Source: Heptranchias perlo
Taxonomy: Eukaryota
Direction: 5' to 3'
Length of the DNA stretch: 64,000 bases
Assembly: GCF_035084215.1 (NCBI RefSeq)
Contig: NC_090364.1
Span: forward strand, 4,092,001-4,156,000
The notes beneath the pieces are model-generated. The model did no database searches. It saw only the letters and a program-made list of their open reading frames with translations, and was not told the origin of the DNA. Positions 37,133 through 50,580 of this stretch are shown piece after piece. The position numbers and the translations under genes were made by a program. Position 1 is the first letter of the stretch. The number at the start of each line of letters is the position of its first letter.

Positions 37133-38949
37133 GTAAGGTGCATTCTCTCCAGCATTATAGTTGCGCTATAGGAGTGCGGTAGTGTAGTGCTGATGTTACT
37201 GGACGTGTAATCCAGAGAACGCGAGTTCAGATCCCACTGTGGCAGTTTGAGAATTTGAACTCGGTTTGGTGTCAGTAAAAGTGACCCTGAAGCTGTCGGA
37301 TTGTTGTAAAAACCCAACTGGTTCACTAATGTCCTTTTTAGGGAAAGGAACCTGCCGGCCTTGCCAGTGACGCCCACATCCCGAGAATGAATAGGGGGGA
37401 AAATATCTCCTCTTTAACCCCTCCCCCTTCAAACGGGGAATGACAACGAAAAGCCAGAGTGAAAGTGGAAGGGGTTGAACCTCGGATCCAATTCAACATT
37501 GTAACTTTCCCAAACTGGTCAACGAAAGGGCCATTTCTGGAAAAGGTGCCTAATTCCCACAGCCAAGCCACTGCTCAGTTATCTCGAGCTGCCTAGTGGG
37601 GTCAAAGCTGATGGGCTATCCTTACAGCTTGATCATGGCTTTGTTTGAATGGAGCCACTCCCACAAAACTGTACACTCTCTGCCCAGACAGTGAGTATAA
37701 CCTTTCGCAAAGTGCTTAGTGATTTTTTTTTTCTTTTAAAACCAAAGTTAACACGCTGACTGCTTGGGACTTTTGGACAATTGGGTGTGAATATCCCTGA
37801 CTACTGCCCTGTAAAATCACTTAAATTGTACAGTTACCCAGGTGGATGGTAGAATATTGTACCAGAAACGGTTCTAATTCAAGGAGCTCTGGACCAGGCT
37901 GCAGTGTTGCCCGCCTCTATGGATTTGCATTGTGTCTCTGACGGTTTACAAGGATACTCTTCAGAAAAGACCTGACACCATAGACTCCCACCCTCTCCTC
38001 TCTCTTCTGCCCTCTCCCAAGGTCACCAAAAACCTCCCAAATATTGTTTTTTGAGTCTTGGTGCTGTAAATGGGTTTGTTGTAAATGAGGGTCTGATTTG
38101 TTTTGGCCAGTTTTCCTTCATTGACCATACATTTCCAAAATAGCTGGGATATTTTTTGACAATTTGGGATTGATAATTCCACCTATTGTGCTGGCAGAGG
38201 ACTCAACGCCTGGACAAAGTGGTGGGGATTAGGATTCGGGCCATTAATCTATTGGGAACTGTCACACTCTACAATACAGAGGTGTTGCTGGAAGAATTAG
38301 TTATGTGCTTTGGAGTAAATGATTTTTAGAAATGATCTCATCTGGAATTCTGGTCAAGGGACTAGGAGTTTTTCACGCAAGTTTCTGATTTATTTGTAAC
38401 TCTGGTCTTGCTCGACTGTTAACTCACATCAGTGAGTGGATGTTGTGCTCTTTAAATTGCAAACAAGGCAGTTATCTGATCACCCAGTGCTGATTATAGC
38501 AGGAACTGTAGGATGAGTCTGAAATTTCAGACCCAAGTAGTACTGAGTCTTGCGGGCCAGAAGATTCCAAGCTTCATTCTCGATTTGTCCTGAGTCACCT
38601 GACCTTAACTGCAGTAGGAATAGAGATGCTGCAATTAGCCTCTAAGTTTCTGGGGCTACGGAGACTTGTAGGGAGGGGAGGGGAAATCGGCCTAGGCCCC
38701 TATTCTCTATTATCTAACGACCCCTGCTGGAAAATGTGGATGTTAGACAGGATTGGGCTTGGATTTGATGCCAAAGTCAAGAGCTTGTGTGCCAGCGTTC
38801 CCTGTCTAAACTAGAGTATAGCCACTTGACCAGGGCACCAGAGGGCTGCACACTAGTAGGAGTCGATCGTTCAGCAACAACTTGCATTTATATAGCACCC
38901 TTAACGTAGTAAAATGTCCCAAGGCGCTTCGCAGGAGCATTTATCAAAC

Positions 38950-39990
38950 TCCACTGTAGTTGACAGGGCCCTTTACCGTGTGCTATTTTCTGCACTTCTG
39001 CCCTGACCCCTCCCTCCCAGAACCATGATAGGGTCCCCCTTGTCCTCACCTTCCAACCCTCCACCATTTCCGTCACCTCCAGCATGATCCCACCACCAAA
39101 CACATCTTCCCTTCCCCTTTTCTGCATTCCAAAGGAACCTCTCCCTCCGCGAATCCCTGGTCCACTCTTCCATCACCCCCAACACCCGCTCTCCTCCCCA
39201 CGCCACCTTCCTGTGTGAGTGCAGGAGATGCAATACCTGTCCTTTCACCTCCTCCCTTCCCACCATCCAGAGCCCCAAACACTCCTTCCAGGTGAAACAG
39301 CAATTTACTTGTACTTCCAATTTAGTATACTGTATTGGCTGCTCACAATGCGGTCTCCTCTACGTTGGGGAGACCAAACACAGACTGGGTGATCGCTTTG
39401 CTGAGCACCTCTGCTCAGTCAGCAAGCCTGACCTTGACCTGCTGCTCACTTGCCATTTTAATTCCCCGTCCCACTCCCGCTCTGACCTCTCTGTCCTCAG
39501 CCTCTTGCACTGTTCCAATGAAGCTCAACGGAAGCTCGGGGAACAGCATCTCATCTTTCCATTAGGCACTTTACAACCTCCAGACTCAACATTGATTTCA
39601 ATAACTTCAGATCAGAACCACTGCACCCACTTTTTCTGACAGCAAGTGCTGGTAACGGTTCTGCTGCTGCCATTTATAGCTACTCCTGACCCACCTTTTG
39701 TTTCTTAACCTGTCCCATTACTGCCCTCCTCGCCTTGCACCATCATCCTTTTTGTCATTTAAACACTTCTGCCCTCTACGCTATCACAGTCCTTCCCTTT
39801 TGTTCTTTCCTCCCCTCCCCTTTCCCTGGCTCTGTACTTGCTTAAAAACTTTAACTCTTAACATCTTCCAGTTCTGACGAAAGGTCTTCGACCTGAAACG
39901 TTAACTCTGTTTCTTTCTCCACAGATGCTGCCTCACTTGCTGAGCTTCTCCAGCATTTTCTGTTTTTATTTGATTTCCAACATTTGATTT
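38950..39990 (+). mobile_element. 5'-truncated Penelope-like retroelement (degenerate GIY-YIG endonuclease plus 3' terminal repeat)
   Basis: ORF 39292-39639 FTCTSNLVYCIGCSQCGLLYVGETKHRLGDRFAEH = GIY-YIG/CCHH signature of Penelope elements; inserted into an L2 tail. Confidence 0.9.
39870..39906 (+). ncRNA. Minimal type I hammerhead ribozyme motif in the Penelope terminal repeat
   Basis: AGTT-CTGACGA-A-AGGTC-TTC-GACCT-GAAAC-GTT-AACT: core boxes, stem II, stem I AGTT/AACT, palindromic AACGTT stem III. Confidence 0.72.
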
Positions 39991-40289
39991 TGTGTTTATC
40001 CAACAAAATTTGACACCGAGCCACGTAAGGAGATACTAGGAGAGGTGACCAAAAGTTTGGTCAAAGAGGTAGATTTTAAGGAGCGTCTTAAAGGGGGAGA
40101 GAGAGGCGGAGAGGGTTAGGGAGGGAATTCCAGAGTTTAGGGGCCTAGCAGGGGAGAAAATAGGTGTTTTTTTTTAATGTACTTGTTCCCTCTGTCTCTT
40201 ACCCACCCACTTCCCCAAAAAGCCACAAACCTTCCCATTTAGTAGCCAGTGGGGGAACCTGACCTGAGCTGACCTGCAAAAGCGAAATA

Positions 40290-40375
40290 CGAAATGAAAA
40301 CAGAAGCGTCTGGATAAGGCTCAGCAGGTCAGGCAGCGTCTGTGGAGAGGAGAGACGGACAACGTTTCAGATCGA
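40290..40375 (-). mobile_element. Diverged Penelope terminal-repeat fragment (inverted relative to 39885-39970)
   Basis: Reverse complement reads CTGAAACGTT...CTCCACAGACGCTGCCTGACCTGCTGAG...TTCTGTTTTCATTT. Confidence 0.7.
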
Positions 40376-40502
40376 GGTGCTATTGTTGGATGCTGGGGTC
40401 TCGGTGAGGACCCTTGCTGTGCTGTTTACTAGACTGCAGGTGCCTCTCGCGGCGTAACGTGCTCTGCTGCCCACCGACCTAACTCTCTCTTTTTGTCTCC
40501 AG

Positions 40503-40646
40503 TTGCCTTCGCCAGACTTGGACAAGATTGCCGCCAGTATGAGGGCTTTGGCCATGAGTGTGACCGATGGCACCGAGATGTTCGGAGACCTGCCCCGACC
40601 CCGGCTCAATACCGGGGACTTTCAGAAGCCCTATCGGAAGTATTAA
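40503..40646 (+). CDS. AKT1S1: AKT1S1 last coding exon ([16 protein letters not shown]...[21 protein letters not shown])
   Basis: AKT consensus RPRLNT (Thr246 equivalent); TAA at 40644-40646; total CDS 855 nt = 284 aa. Confidence 0.97.
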   Translation: MPSPDLDKIAASMRALAMSVTDGTEMFGDLPRPRLNTGDFQKPYRKY

Positions 40647-41580
40647 AGCACTTTTCAACACCCCCCTCCCTCCTATATATATATACACACACACTACAGA
40701 GATGCTTCCCGCAAGGAAAGTCGTCACTGACCCAGGACTGTTCCAAGGTCCAAGCCCTTCATGTAGCATTAAGGTTGTATGACAAAAGATTGGCTCGCGA
40801 GTTGATTCTGTAACTTTTCATGTCAAAAAAAAAAACTTTATAGTATATTTTTCTGGTAAAACAATGTGTGAAGCAGGATTCCCAAGAATCTGCTTTTAAT
40901 ATTCCAACTTGTCCTTGTATGTCTTTCTCCTTCTAGCATGCGCTCACTGTTTTAAACACCTAATCGAGCCTCTTCATTGTATTGAGACAAGAACAGACTG
41001 CATGGTTCAAGAGTGGGTAAGGTTGGAGCACCAATTATTTTTAAAACCCTGATATTTCAGCCTCTGCAAGACCAGAGTTTTAACTGTTGTCCAGTTCCAT
41101 CCATTTTAAATAAAATACCTGAACTGTTGGGTGAAAGTGAAGGGAGGGGTAAAATCTACTCGGAGTATGACCACTCCCCCTCCACTGCCCCCCCCCCCCC
41201 AAAAAGCATAACCAGCAGATAAAGTCAGTCTTGCTCAAGACTGTTTTGTAAGCAATCCCAATCAGAATCGCCTGAGGTGGCAACAAGCTCATCCCTTCTG
41301 CCCTCCTCCTGCGCTAATGTGTTTTCATTTAAGTGTGCAGCCCGTTAACTGGCGATAAGCGAGCGACCCTGCTCCACGTTTCACTGTTTTGAGCGAGCGC
41401 TGATGTTGCTTTTTAAGGATCCGATTATTTTCTCCAAGAAATGGCTGACTCTGGGGCCCTCAGCCACTCCCCGTACGATCATTGTGCTTTTGTTTTAATA
41501 TTTTTTTTTAAACTGCAAGCTCCAGTGCACCTTGAAACCACGTGATTGCCATAAAGTGAGATTTATTTTACTATGACACT

Positions 41581-41763
41581 AGGGCTGAATTTTGAATGAT
41601 GAGCTTAAGGCAAATCAGCGGATTCTGAATGTCCAAATTTGCGTGGGGATCCTTTGCATTACAGCTCTTGCAAATATTTAACTGTTTATTCGAATAGTCA
41701 CTCTGGCACAGGATCTGCCTAGAGAGGCAAAATTAATAAGTGCTGATGTGTAAATCCAGCCCT
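41581..41763. mobile_element. Small MITE downstream of the AKT1S1 stop
   Basis: TIRs AGGGCTGAATTT / AAATCCAGCCCT (11/12 match). Confidence 0.6.
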
Positions 41764-44700
41764 GCTCGGCCTCTTGTGAGAAGTCCATTGGCCGCGTCTC
41801 CCGCAAGCACATGCATCGGAGGCTGCCGTGCCCAGCGTACGCTGGCTATTGTCCCGCATCCTGGGAGATGCCGCCTGCCTGCCATTGGGGGCACAAGACG
41901 GGCATTGCAGGTAACGAGGCGGCTTGTGGCAGCCGGTCAGAGTTTGCGTGTCTCATCGCCGACTTGGGGGGGTGGGGGTCTCTGCATCGTTGCCCCGTGA
42001 ACCCAAAGATACTGATCGACCCCACCCCCCAAAACCTAAAGATCGGGGTGGGACTACTCACTCTTGACGTGAGCTGCCTGCAGTGTTGGACAAGGGATGC
42101 TATGTGTCCGTTAGTTTCAACGTTGGCTTTCTAACCAGTGACTTTTTTTTGGGTCGAAGTACATGGTTCTTATGTGCTCTTTCATAACATTCGAAAATGG
42201 GTCTATTGGTCGATGCCAAGAGATTCAGCAACTCCAGTGCAAGGGGCTAACTCCGAGCTTGTTTAAATGCTCCCACTGCTTGAGTTGCCATAGGAACCGA
42301 ACGCTGTCTGGAGTTCACTTTGGAATCCCCCGGCCTGTTCAGTGTAATGATTGTCAACCTTCCCTGAAAGGTTTTGCTGGTTACTACAGAGGAATGACTT
42401 TGCAATGCAAATATCTGAATTGATTTCTTTTTTGGCTGGTTTGTTGCCTGGCTGCGCAAAGCGCCCTTTAGCCACCTGTTTATGGACCTAAATGGCTTGT
42501 TTCACAACACTCGGCGGATTGAAAGCCAGTGTTTTGTTTTTTTTTCCCCTCTCCGTTACGGACGTGCTATAATGCTCCTTTTGTACTGGCTCATGTAGTC
42601 AGTGAAACTTGTCAGCAGCTGGCCATCTATCAACTTGCTACAATCACACGTGCAGTCTAATGGCCTAATCTATCTCGTGTAATCTCGCACTGATATTGGG
42701 GTCGTTTTTTTTTCCCCTCTTCACCTGGGTGATTATCAGGTGGGACCGATCTCCCGACCTTGATTTGAAGCCGCTCGATTTTTCATTCTATTGATTTCTA
42801 GACTTGCAAAACTGGAAACCTGTTAGTTGCCAGTAAGAAGCTATTGGAAAATTTAAACCTGCCTTCTCTTGCGAGCCCTTCAGCGATGGAAGAATGGCTC
42901 ATTTTGCCCCTCTTATTAATTACACTAACAGAGCGTTAAAATGTCGCTGAATTACAGAAGGACCCATCTGTTTGGTATAGATCAAAGTTCGACCAAGCTC
43001 GTATTTGTTCCCACGATAGCTAAGGTTGATCTTTGCTTGGGCGGCCAGCGTTCTTTTATACAGTTTGCAACTAAAAGGATTTGGAGAAGATGGAACCAAG
43101 GATCAGCAGTTTCCAGTCAGGATCAATTGTCTCTCTGTGATGAGCCACAGTCACTGAGCTCATTCTCTGTCCCCTTTTTAATGACCCCCCTAGGTAGGGT
43201 CAGATGGAATGAAAATCGGGGTGGTTCGACTACAGGCAATCTGCTCCTCCCTGCCAGCTTACCACCCAGGTGACAAAGTTGCAGATTCCCCCCACTGAAT
43301 ACTGTTTCCATAAACTGACCAGTTGAGGCTGTAGGAGCAATGGTTTCTGAGCATGAACGGGGTTCTCAGTCGCACTTGAACACTCCCACGTAGGCAACTG
43401 GAGGTGACCTCTCTTGCTGCCCCTGGCCATAGGACTCGTGACCCAGTTCTGTATTGGGAGAGTAACCAGGAGTAAATGTTTCCCCAATGAACTTCTGTTG
43501 AACTTGCAATCGAGGCTCTGGTTTTTAAGACGTGCTGTAATAACTGAAAACCTCTTCTAGCACATCGAAATGGCCTAACTGAGCTACAGACCCTAGCTGA
43601 CAGGGCTGAGCAGTGCTCACCCCTGCCCTATGTGTGGAAATAGGGTACAGGTGAGATAATAATTGCCCCATTGTCCCAAAAGGAATCCTGTGCATGTGAC
43701 ATTAACCTTGACCCTGGATTCAGCTGGCTAAAGAGCTCCCATTTCCCTGTAACCTCCCAATTGGGATGATTTGTGTTAACTACCTGCCTAGCTCGATATT
43801 TTTGGCCATCTCAGAGTAAGTAGCAAGTATGGCCAGTTCATCACCACTTTCTCCTTTTTCTGCCCTTCCTTCCCCTTTAATCGATAGGCATTCAGATACT
43901 GAGGCACCACACCATAATCTCTCCTTTCTCTCTGGCGACTCCAGCTGCCCGTCACCTGTCAAGTGTGAGGTGCTGACCCTTGTGCTTTCCACGCTCGCAG
44001 TGCCTGGATTTGCACATCCATTTTGTTCACGTGCACCGTTGCGCGTCCCGCAGCCTGACCGACTGCACATACGTTGCCTCTTAACCACCAGTGTGTAGTT
44101 TTCAAATCCCCCACCCCTTTTCAAAAGGCTCCCTCGTAGAAGCATGTTCCTGTACAGAGTAAGGCTGCTCTGCACTGGTTCTGGGATTGGGTTGATGGGC
44201 TAAAATTAGACATCTTGGAGCTGCAGAAGAGATTTTTTTTTAAAAATGAAATGCCAGCTTTTTAAACATGATTCTGGCAGCCTGTGGCATGGTCCAGGGT
44301 ACTGTGTGTGTGTTTATCATTTCACATCTGCCCTGCTTGGGTTATGATTTTTTTCAATAAAAATCCTGACTTGCTTATTTGGGGAGGGGAGGTAATGGAT
44401 TCAGCAACTGGAAAACGCCATTCCCAGCTTTCCAGTTAAAAGCTGTTGAATGCCCCCCTGCCCCCTCTCAGATTGGGACTTGGGCTACATTTACACTGGT
44501 TGGTGTGTTGTTGGAATGAGACTGTTCACCTCAGCACCAGGTGCTTAGAAACCTGGAGTCCGGGTCTGATCTGACTGGAGCAAAGCGATTTTCAGACTTC
44601 CAGGGAGTCCTCGCTCTGCTCTGCTTCCAAGAGTCCGATCCGGTCCCGACTCCAGATTTACACTGCAGCTTGGCATCGTCGCAAAGTGAGACTGCTGGTA

Positions 44701-47700
44701 CTCTTGACGCTGCACTTGTAGTGTTCAGTGTAGCCCATGGTCAATAGCTTGAGCTACATTCACCATTCACTCTTGGCTGCTTATCCCCCGGGCCGCTACA
44801 GCATGCAGCTGAAAATGTTCCCGACCCAGACCCTGCTGTATTGTGGGCGGAGCCTATTTCTTAACACTAAGTTATCGTGCAATGCACCACAACGTGCAAT
44901 TTTTTAAATCTTCGGGGTGCGGCGTTTTTTGCTTGTCTCCCTCTTTATTTTTCCCCACCCCTGGGTGCCGCAATTGGCTCGTACACTAGGTGGCAGCGGC
45001 CACCCCAAGCGGAGAAGCTGCAGGATGACGAGGAAGAGGGGCTATTGGTGCGCCCGTGAGCTTTGGGTGGGGGAATTTGGGCAACAAGTCCCACCTGGGC
45101 ACAAGTGAGGCCCCGCCTTGTCGACCAGCTCTGTGAGGCGGTGGCTGTAACCTGCATGTTTGAGGTTTAGTCTGGGCACACGGTGGGACCTGCAGAATTC
45201 TTTCTGTACAGCTGCTGCTGTGTTCAGTTTGAGTATTAGTGGGCGGAAGGGGGCAATGCCATCTTGGGTGCAGCTCAGGACCTGATGCCTGTGGGGGAGG
45301 GGTTATGTTTTTTTTAACCACTTCGTGTCCAGAGACGATTTATGTAATTAATAACCATGTTGGTCAATGTTTTAGTCCATAATTTTTTTAATGGAAATGA
45401 ATAAGCTATGTGAATGGTGGAATTGTGCCGCACAGACCCTTTAACTGGTGGGGGGGGTTAGGTGCTTCTGAAGGAGCAGCCCTCCCCCTCCCCCTCCCCC
45501 AATTAGTGACGTTTGACATTGAGCTGGAGGAAGTGGAAAACTGGGCTTAAAAGCCAGAATATGGCACTGTTCAGCTGGCATCTCCCTTGGCGCTTTGCTC
45601 AGATTGCCGTCAGGTGGGCAGACTTCGGTCGCGACATATCTCAATGATGCCCTAGTGCCGTTGATCGGGGATTGGGTAAATCCACACCGTTTGGTCAGTG
45701 CGACGTTTAAGAGTTGTGAAATTTGAAGTTTAGCTTCACGATGGGAAACTGGCCCCTTCCAAAGAGTAAACGCAACCTCCGTTGCCCAGAGGGGTCCAGG
45801 TCCCGGTAGCTGCTGTCTGAAGCTGGCCACTGGCTTTTAACCACTTCCAATTTACACTGCACTGCTGGCGCTGTGGCTGACTCCTCCCTCTATGAAGGTG
45901 TGGAAGAGTTTGGCGATGGTGCTTCTTGCCACAGTGACCCAGGACAGCTACTGGCTATAATCCAGTTGTGGAGCTGGCCAAGAGAAAGGGGTGGGCTGGG
46001 CTGTATTATTCATTTTGCACTAAACACTCGGGGGTTGCAGGCATTTAAATCGTGTAAGGTCTGGGTGCATGAGGGTGGCTTGTGATGGGAGGGAAAAGAG
46101 AGAGAAAGAGGGACAAGAACGGGTGGACTGACTCCACAGTTACTGTGGCCATTTTGAAGCCTCATTTCTCTCGAGGCTCTTTAAAGATGTGATTCTTTGC
46201 CCCAATTAGCTATCCCAGATGAATCTTTGTTTAAATCCTTGAAACAAAAGCTGTGACCCACTCCACATCCTACTGCTGATTTTTTTTTTTATTGGCAGAT
46301 TATTTTAAGCACTTGTGGGGAGGGTTCCTTTTGCCTCCAGTAATTTGGAAATAAAATAAATAATGCATAGCCAGTGTTTTGGACCTCCCGAGGCTCGTCT
46401 CCGTGAAAGATCAGGTGCAGGCGTGATGTCTCGTCTTCTCTCGCTCGCTCTCCCTCCTTTTTTCTTTCCTCCAGTGTTCACACGTGGTGTTCAGCCTCCC
46501 GCAGAGAGTGGCCACCTGAGGGCAGTAGTGGGGGGGTGGTGAGCAGAGCCTCCCAAGCCACTGCCCTCTTATGGTGGGGGGGAAAGGGAAGGGAAGGGGA
46601 GAAAGTTGGAGAAGTTTTTTAAAAAAAAACATCACTTTTTTATCCTGTGACAAAATTGCAGAGCAGGTGGGGATTATTCAAACTTCAGTGTTAGATTCCT
46701 ATAATGAGGGCTCTTGCAGTTTTCAATGGGGAAAAATAGAGCTCAAAACACAGACTGCTACTTAAAATTCCAGTAGTGCTAGGTCATAAAAACTGAATTT
46801 AACTTCATTCACAAAACCACTGGCTCGGATGATCTATTGCTCCTCGTGCTGCAATTTTTTAAAGCTGTAAAACCCACTGGTTAGGAGTGAGCTTCAGATG
46901 TCTGGCTTGGGAGCGTTAACCTGTCTTTCAGCTGCTGCCTGATCTGTGTGTTTCCAGCATTTTGTTTCATTTTCAGCTTGCTAACTTTTTTTTTCCAATG
47001 CTTTTTATTTCTGGAGTAAACTTGGAGTGGGCAGGACTGTCCATTATAAGTCTTTAAAGTTCTTCGCCGTCTGTGACGTAGAATTTACAGCACAGAAACG
47101 GGGCCACTCGGCCCAACTGGTCCATGCCGGTGTTTGTGCTCCACACGAGCCTCCTCCCACTCCCTACTTCATTTCACCCTTTTCAACATATCCTTCTATC
47201 TTTAGATCACCTCTAACCAGCAAGTTGAAGGGCTTTTGGCTAGGAGTGAGGTGCAATAAACGTTTTACGATTGCATCAGTATTTAGAACACTTTGTTTTT
47301 GTTGATGTGGAGTGGGCTCCTGTTTCTGGATGCACTGCCCCTAAGCCTCTGTCCCCACGTCTACTTGGAGTACTCCCCCCACAAGAGCAACGTTCCTTAA
47401 AAAGGAGAAACCGTACATTAAATTGACATTGAGTCTGTGGGCAATGCTGTAATTTCTGCTGCTCCTGTCAGGGAGGGAGAGAGAGAGAGAGAGTCTGTAG
47501 GCGATTTGTTCATATTGAATCTCTGTCACTGCAGAGGTCTTTAGGCTTCTTTCCGTAAACTAAGTTGCTTTTGGGATATTTAACTAACAGCCTGTAGAGA
47601 TCCGGACAATCGGTGCTGGAAATGTGAACAAAATGATGAGAAACTGACAAAGGAACGACTAATCTTTTTTTCTAAGAATAAAGTGGATTGATTGTTACAA

Positions 47701-47924
47701 CCGTGGTGACTCTTCTTTCCTCCCTCTCACTCCCCTCCCTCTTCTGAAGGAGCTGACCCGTGCAGCCATGTGTTCCTTTGTGGACCTCCCCACTCCCTGG
47801 CACCTCAACCAAGTGATCGTTCTTTACAGCTGAGTTTAGAATGAGCGTGGGCCAGCTTGCTGGCTGGACTGAGACTGATGTCCCAACACCTGCATTTTCT
47901 AATTGGGTTACTGGATATAAAGAA

Positions 47925-48266
47925 CAAGTTTGCCTTTATACAGTGCCTTTCCTTACACTTCAAAAATACTTAAATTGGATGTAGTCACTTTTGTAATGTA
48001 GGAAATGCAGTGGCCAATTTGTGCACAGCAAATCCCACAAAGAGTATCGTGATAATGACCAGATAATCTGTTATAGTGATGTTGGTTGAGCGAGAAATAT
48101 TGGAAGAATTCCCCTGCTCTTCTACGAATAGTGCCATGGGATCTTTTACATCCACCTGAGAGGGTAGATGGAGCCTCGCTTTAACATCTCATCTGAGCAT
48201 TCCCTCCACTGCACTGGGAGTGTCGGCCGCGGGGAGAGCGTGCTCCCCACTGAGCCGTGGCTGACG
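47925..48266 (-). mobile_element. Deu-domain SINE (internally deleted)
   Basis: Family motifs, reverse strand. Confidence 0.75.
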
Positions 48267-48997
48267 CCTCGTGGTCCAAATTGTGCTGTCAGGGTAGTCG
48301 GTGGAACAGTTGGGATAACACGGGGCCTATAAACCACCTTTTAATGTGTAGATTCAGGATTCGGAGTGCTGGGTCTTTACAGAGTGTCGGCCCATGCCAG
48401 CTGTGGACAGCGATCACCCTGCTGTCAACTTCCTTTACAAACAAGAGCTTGTCTCCTTGCCATTTGGTCGAGGACCAAAGCTTCTTGTATACTCACTAGT
48501 GTCTCACGTACTGCAGGCCTGGGGATTACATGGAACCAAGCATAAAGTCCCTTACCCGAGGATTAGTGCTTTCGGATTATAGTTAATGTCTGACTTCAGA
48601 TCTTTACATGGATTTATAAATATTTAATTTTAAAAACTGGCAGATTAAATGTCCCATCCTGATTTTTTTTTAACCTATCCAGTGATTTAAGGCTGTAAGC
48701 TTCCCGCTTACAATTGTCTATCGATGTTGTGATTTGATCCTCTACTTTCCCCCAGCCCCCTGTGAGGCCCCAGTTCGGTTTGAGCCGAGGTCTGATGCCA
48801 GTGATGGATGAGCTGAAAACAGTACAGGCTGAGCACGTATTCGGGTCCCTCTCAGTCAGGCTCAGTAACTCCTTCCCGTCCGTGGTCCTGCTGGTCAAAC
48901 TCGCTGATTTAAACACAAATATTCAACAATGAAAAGCAACAGAAATGTGACTGAAAAGCGTAAACCCTTACTGGGCTGGACTCCAGCACAGGTCCTT

Positions 48998-49822
48998 GCA
49001 GGGAGCAGGGCCTAGCTGTACACGGGTACACGCGGGGAGCAGGGCCTAGCTGTACACGGGTACACGCGGGGAGCAGGGCCTAGCTGTACACGGGTACACG
49101 CGGGGAGCAGGGCCTAGCTGTACACGGGTACACGCGGGGAGCAGGGCCTAGCCGTACACGCGGGGAGCAGGGCCTAGCCGTACACGCGGGGAGCAGGGCC
49201 TAGCCGTACATGGGTACACGTGGGGAGCAGGGCCTAGCTGTACACGGGTACATGCGGGGAGCAGGGCCTAGCTGTACACGGGTACACGTGGGGAGCAGGG
49301 CCCAGTTGTACACGTAGGGAGCAGGGCCTAGCTGTACACGGGTACACGCAGGGAGCAGGGCCCAGTTGTACATGGGTACACGCAGGGAGCAGGGCCCAGT
49401 TGTACACGGGTACACGCAGGGCCTAGCCGTACACGGGTACACGCGGGGAGCAGGGCCTAGCCGTACACGGGTACATGTAGGGAGCAGGGCCCAGTTGTAC
49501 ACGGGTACACGTGGGGAGCAGGGCCTAGCTGTACACGGGTACAGGCGGGGAGCAGGGCCCAGCTGTACACGGGTACGTGTAGGGAGCAGGGCCTAGCTGT
49601 ACAGGCGGGGAGCAGGGCCCAGTTGTACACGGGTACGTGTAGGGAGCAGGGCCCATTTGTACACGGGTACGTGTAGGGAGCAGGGCCTAGCTGTACACGC
49701 AGGGAGCAGGGCCCAGTTGTACACGGGTACGTGTAGGGAGCAGGGCCCATTTGTACACGGGTACGTGTAGGGAGCAGGGCCCAGTTGTACAAGGGTACGT
49801 GTAGGGAGCAGGGCCTAGCTGT
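48998..49822. repeat. ~34-bp minisatellite (GGGAGCAGGGCCTAGCTGTACACGGGTACACGCG)n with 25-bp deletion variants
   Basis: Direct tandem repeats. Confidence 0.96.
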
Positions 49823-50580
49823 GGCTGATCAAATTTTTAGAAGTAATTAAATGCATATTCACACACATGAAATGCTCCTAATCTCGGACTAATTTGGCTG
49901 TATTTAATATTAGAATCCAATCTCTCCTGAGAAGGTGTGCCGGAGTAAAACCCACCCTGGACAATAGGATTTAATGTTCTAATTAATGGCCTTTTCAATC
50001 CCATTCGCAGGGTAACCGTGTATTCATAATTCTAAATTTGAAGATTTCTTCCTTTCCTTTCAACCCTGGGTGCCCTCTCCTTCCTGTAGGCTGTTGGATA
50101 ACTGGTCCAAACCTCTAGGGTGTGTCTTTTGGGGAAGTATCTGGTGTTTACAGTACATTCAACGATGGGAGATTACTCTGCTTAATCTGCTTTGCAGCCT
50201 GCTCTTGTTGTACAGGAGCCTCGATCCACTCTGATGCTTGGAGCAGATTATTTCTTCTTTCGCTTTAATTTGTAACCAGTTAAGAATAAAAGCCGAGTCG
50301 TTTAGGGATTGGTGAGACCATTTCCAGTTGCCTTCAATGACCGAAGAATCACTTCAGCCCCCAGTGACCTAATCATCAGTTTTCATGGACTGTAAACTCG
50401 TGTTTCACTGCAATACCGTACAATTACTCAACAACTTAAAGCATTTATTTGGAGCCTTTATTGTAGAAAAACCTTCCAAGGCTCCCGAGAAGTGTCAGTA
50501 AAACCAAAATGCCAAGTGTCGTCCGAGATTTTGTGCTCAAGCCTCTGGAGTGGGATTTGAACCCATGACCTTCTGACTCA

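Noticed and set aside
41597-41630. ATGATGA...CTGA resembling a C/D snoRNA
   Set aside because: Only ~33 nt, no terminal stem, and lies inside a MITE
42284-42298. Isolated RFX X-box-like sites (GTTGCCATAGGAAC; also GTATCCATGGCAAC at 60829)
   Set aside because: Single motifs far from a TSS; cannot be distinguished from chance without chromatin data
48614-48935. ORFs on both strands with a plausible acceptor at ~48755
   Set aside because: No recognisable homology or partner exons
49000-49822. CRISPR-like appearance of the regular arrays (also 1-422, 61139-62070)
   Set aside because: Head-to-tail repeats without unique spacers, eukaryotic context, no cas genes
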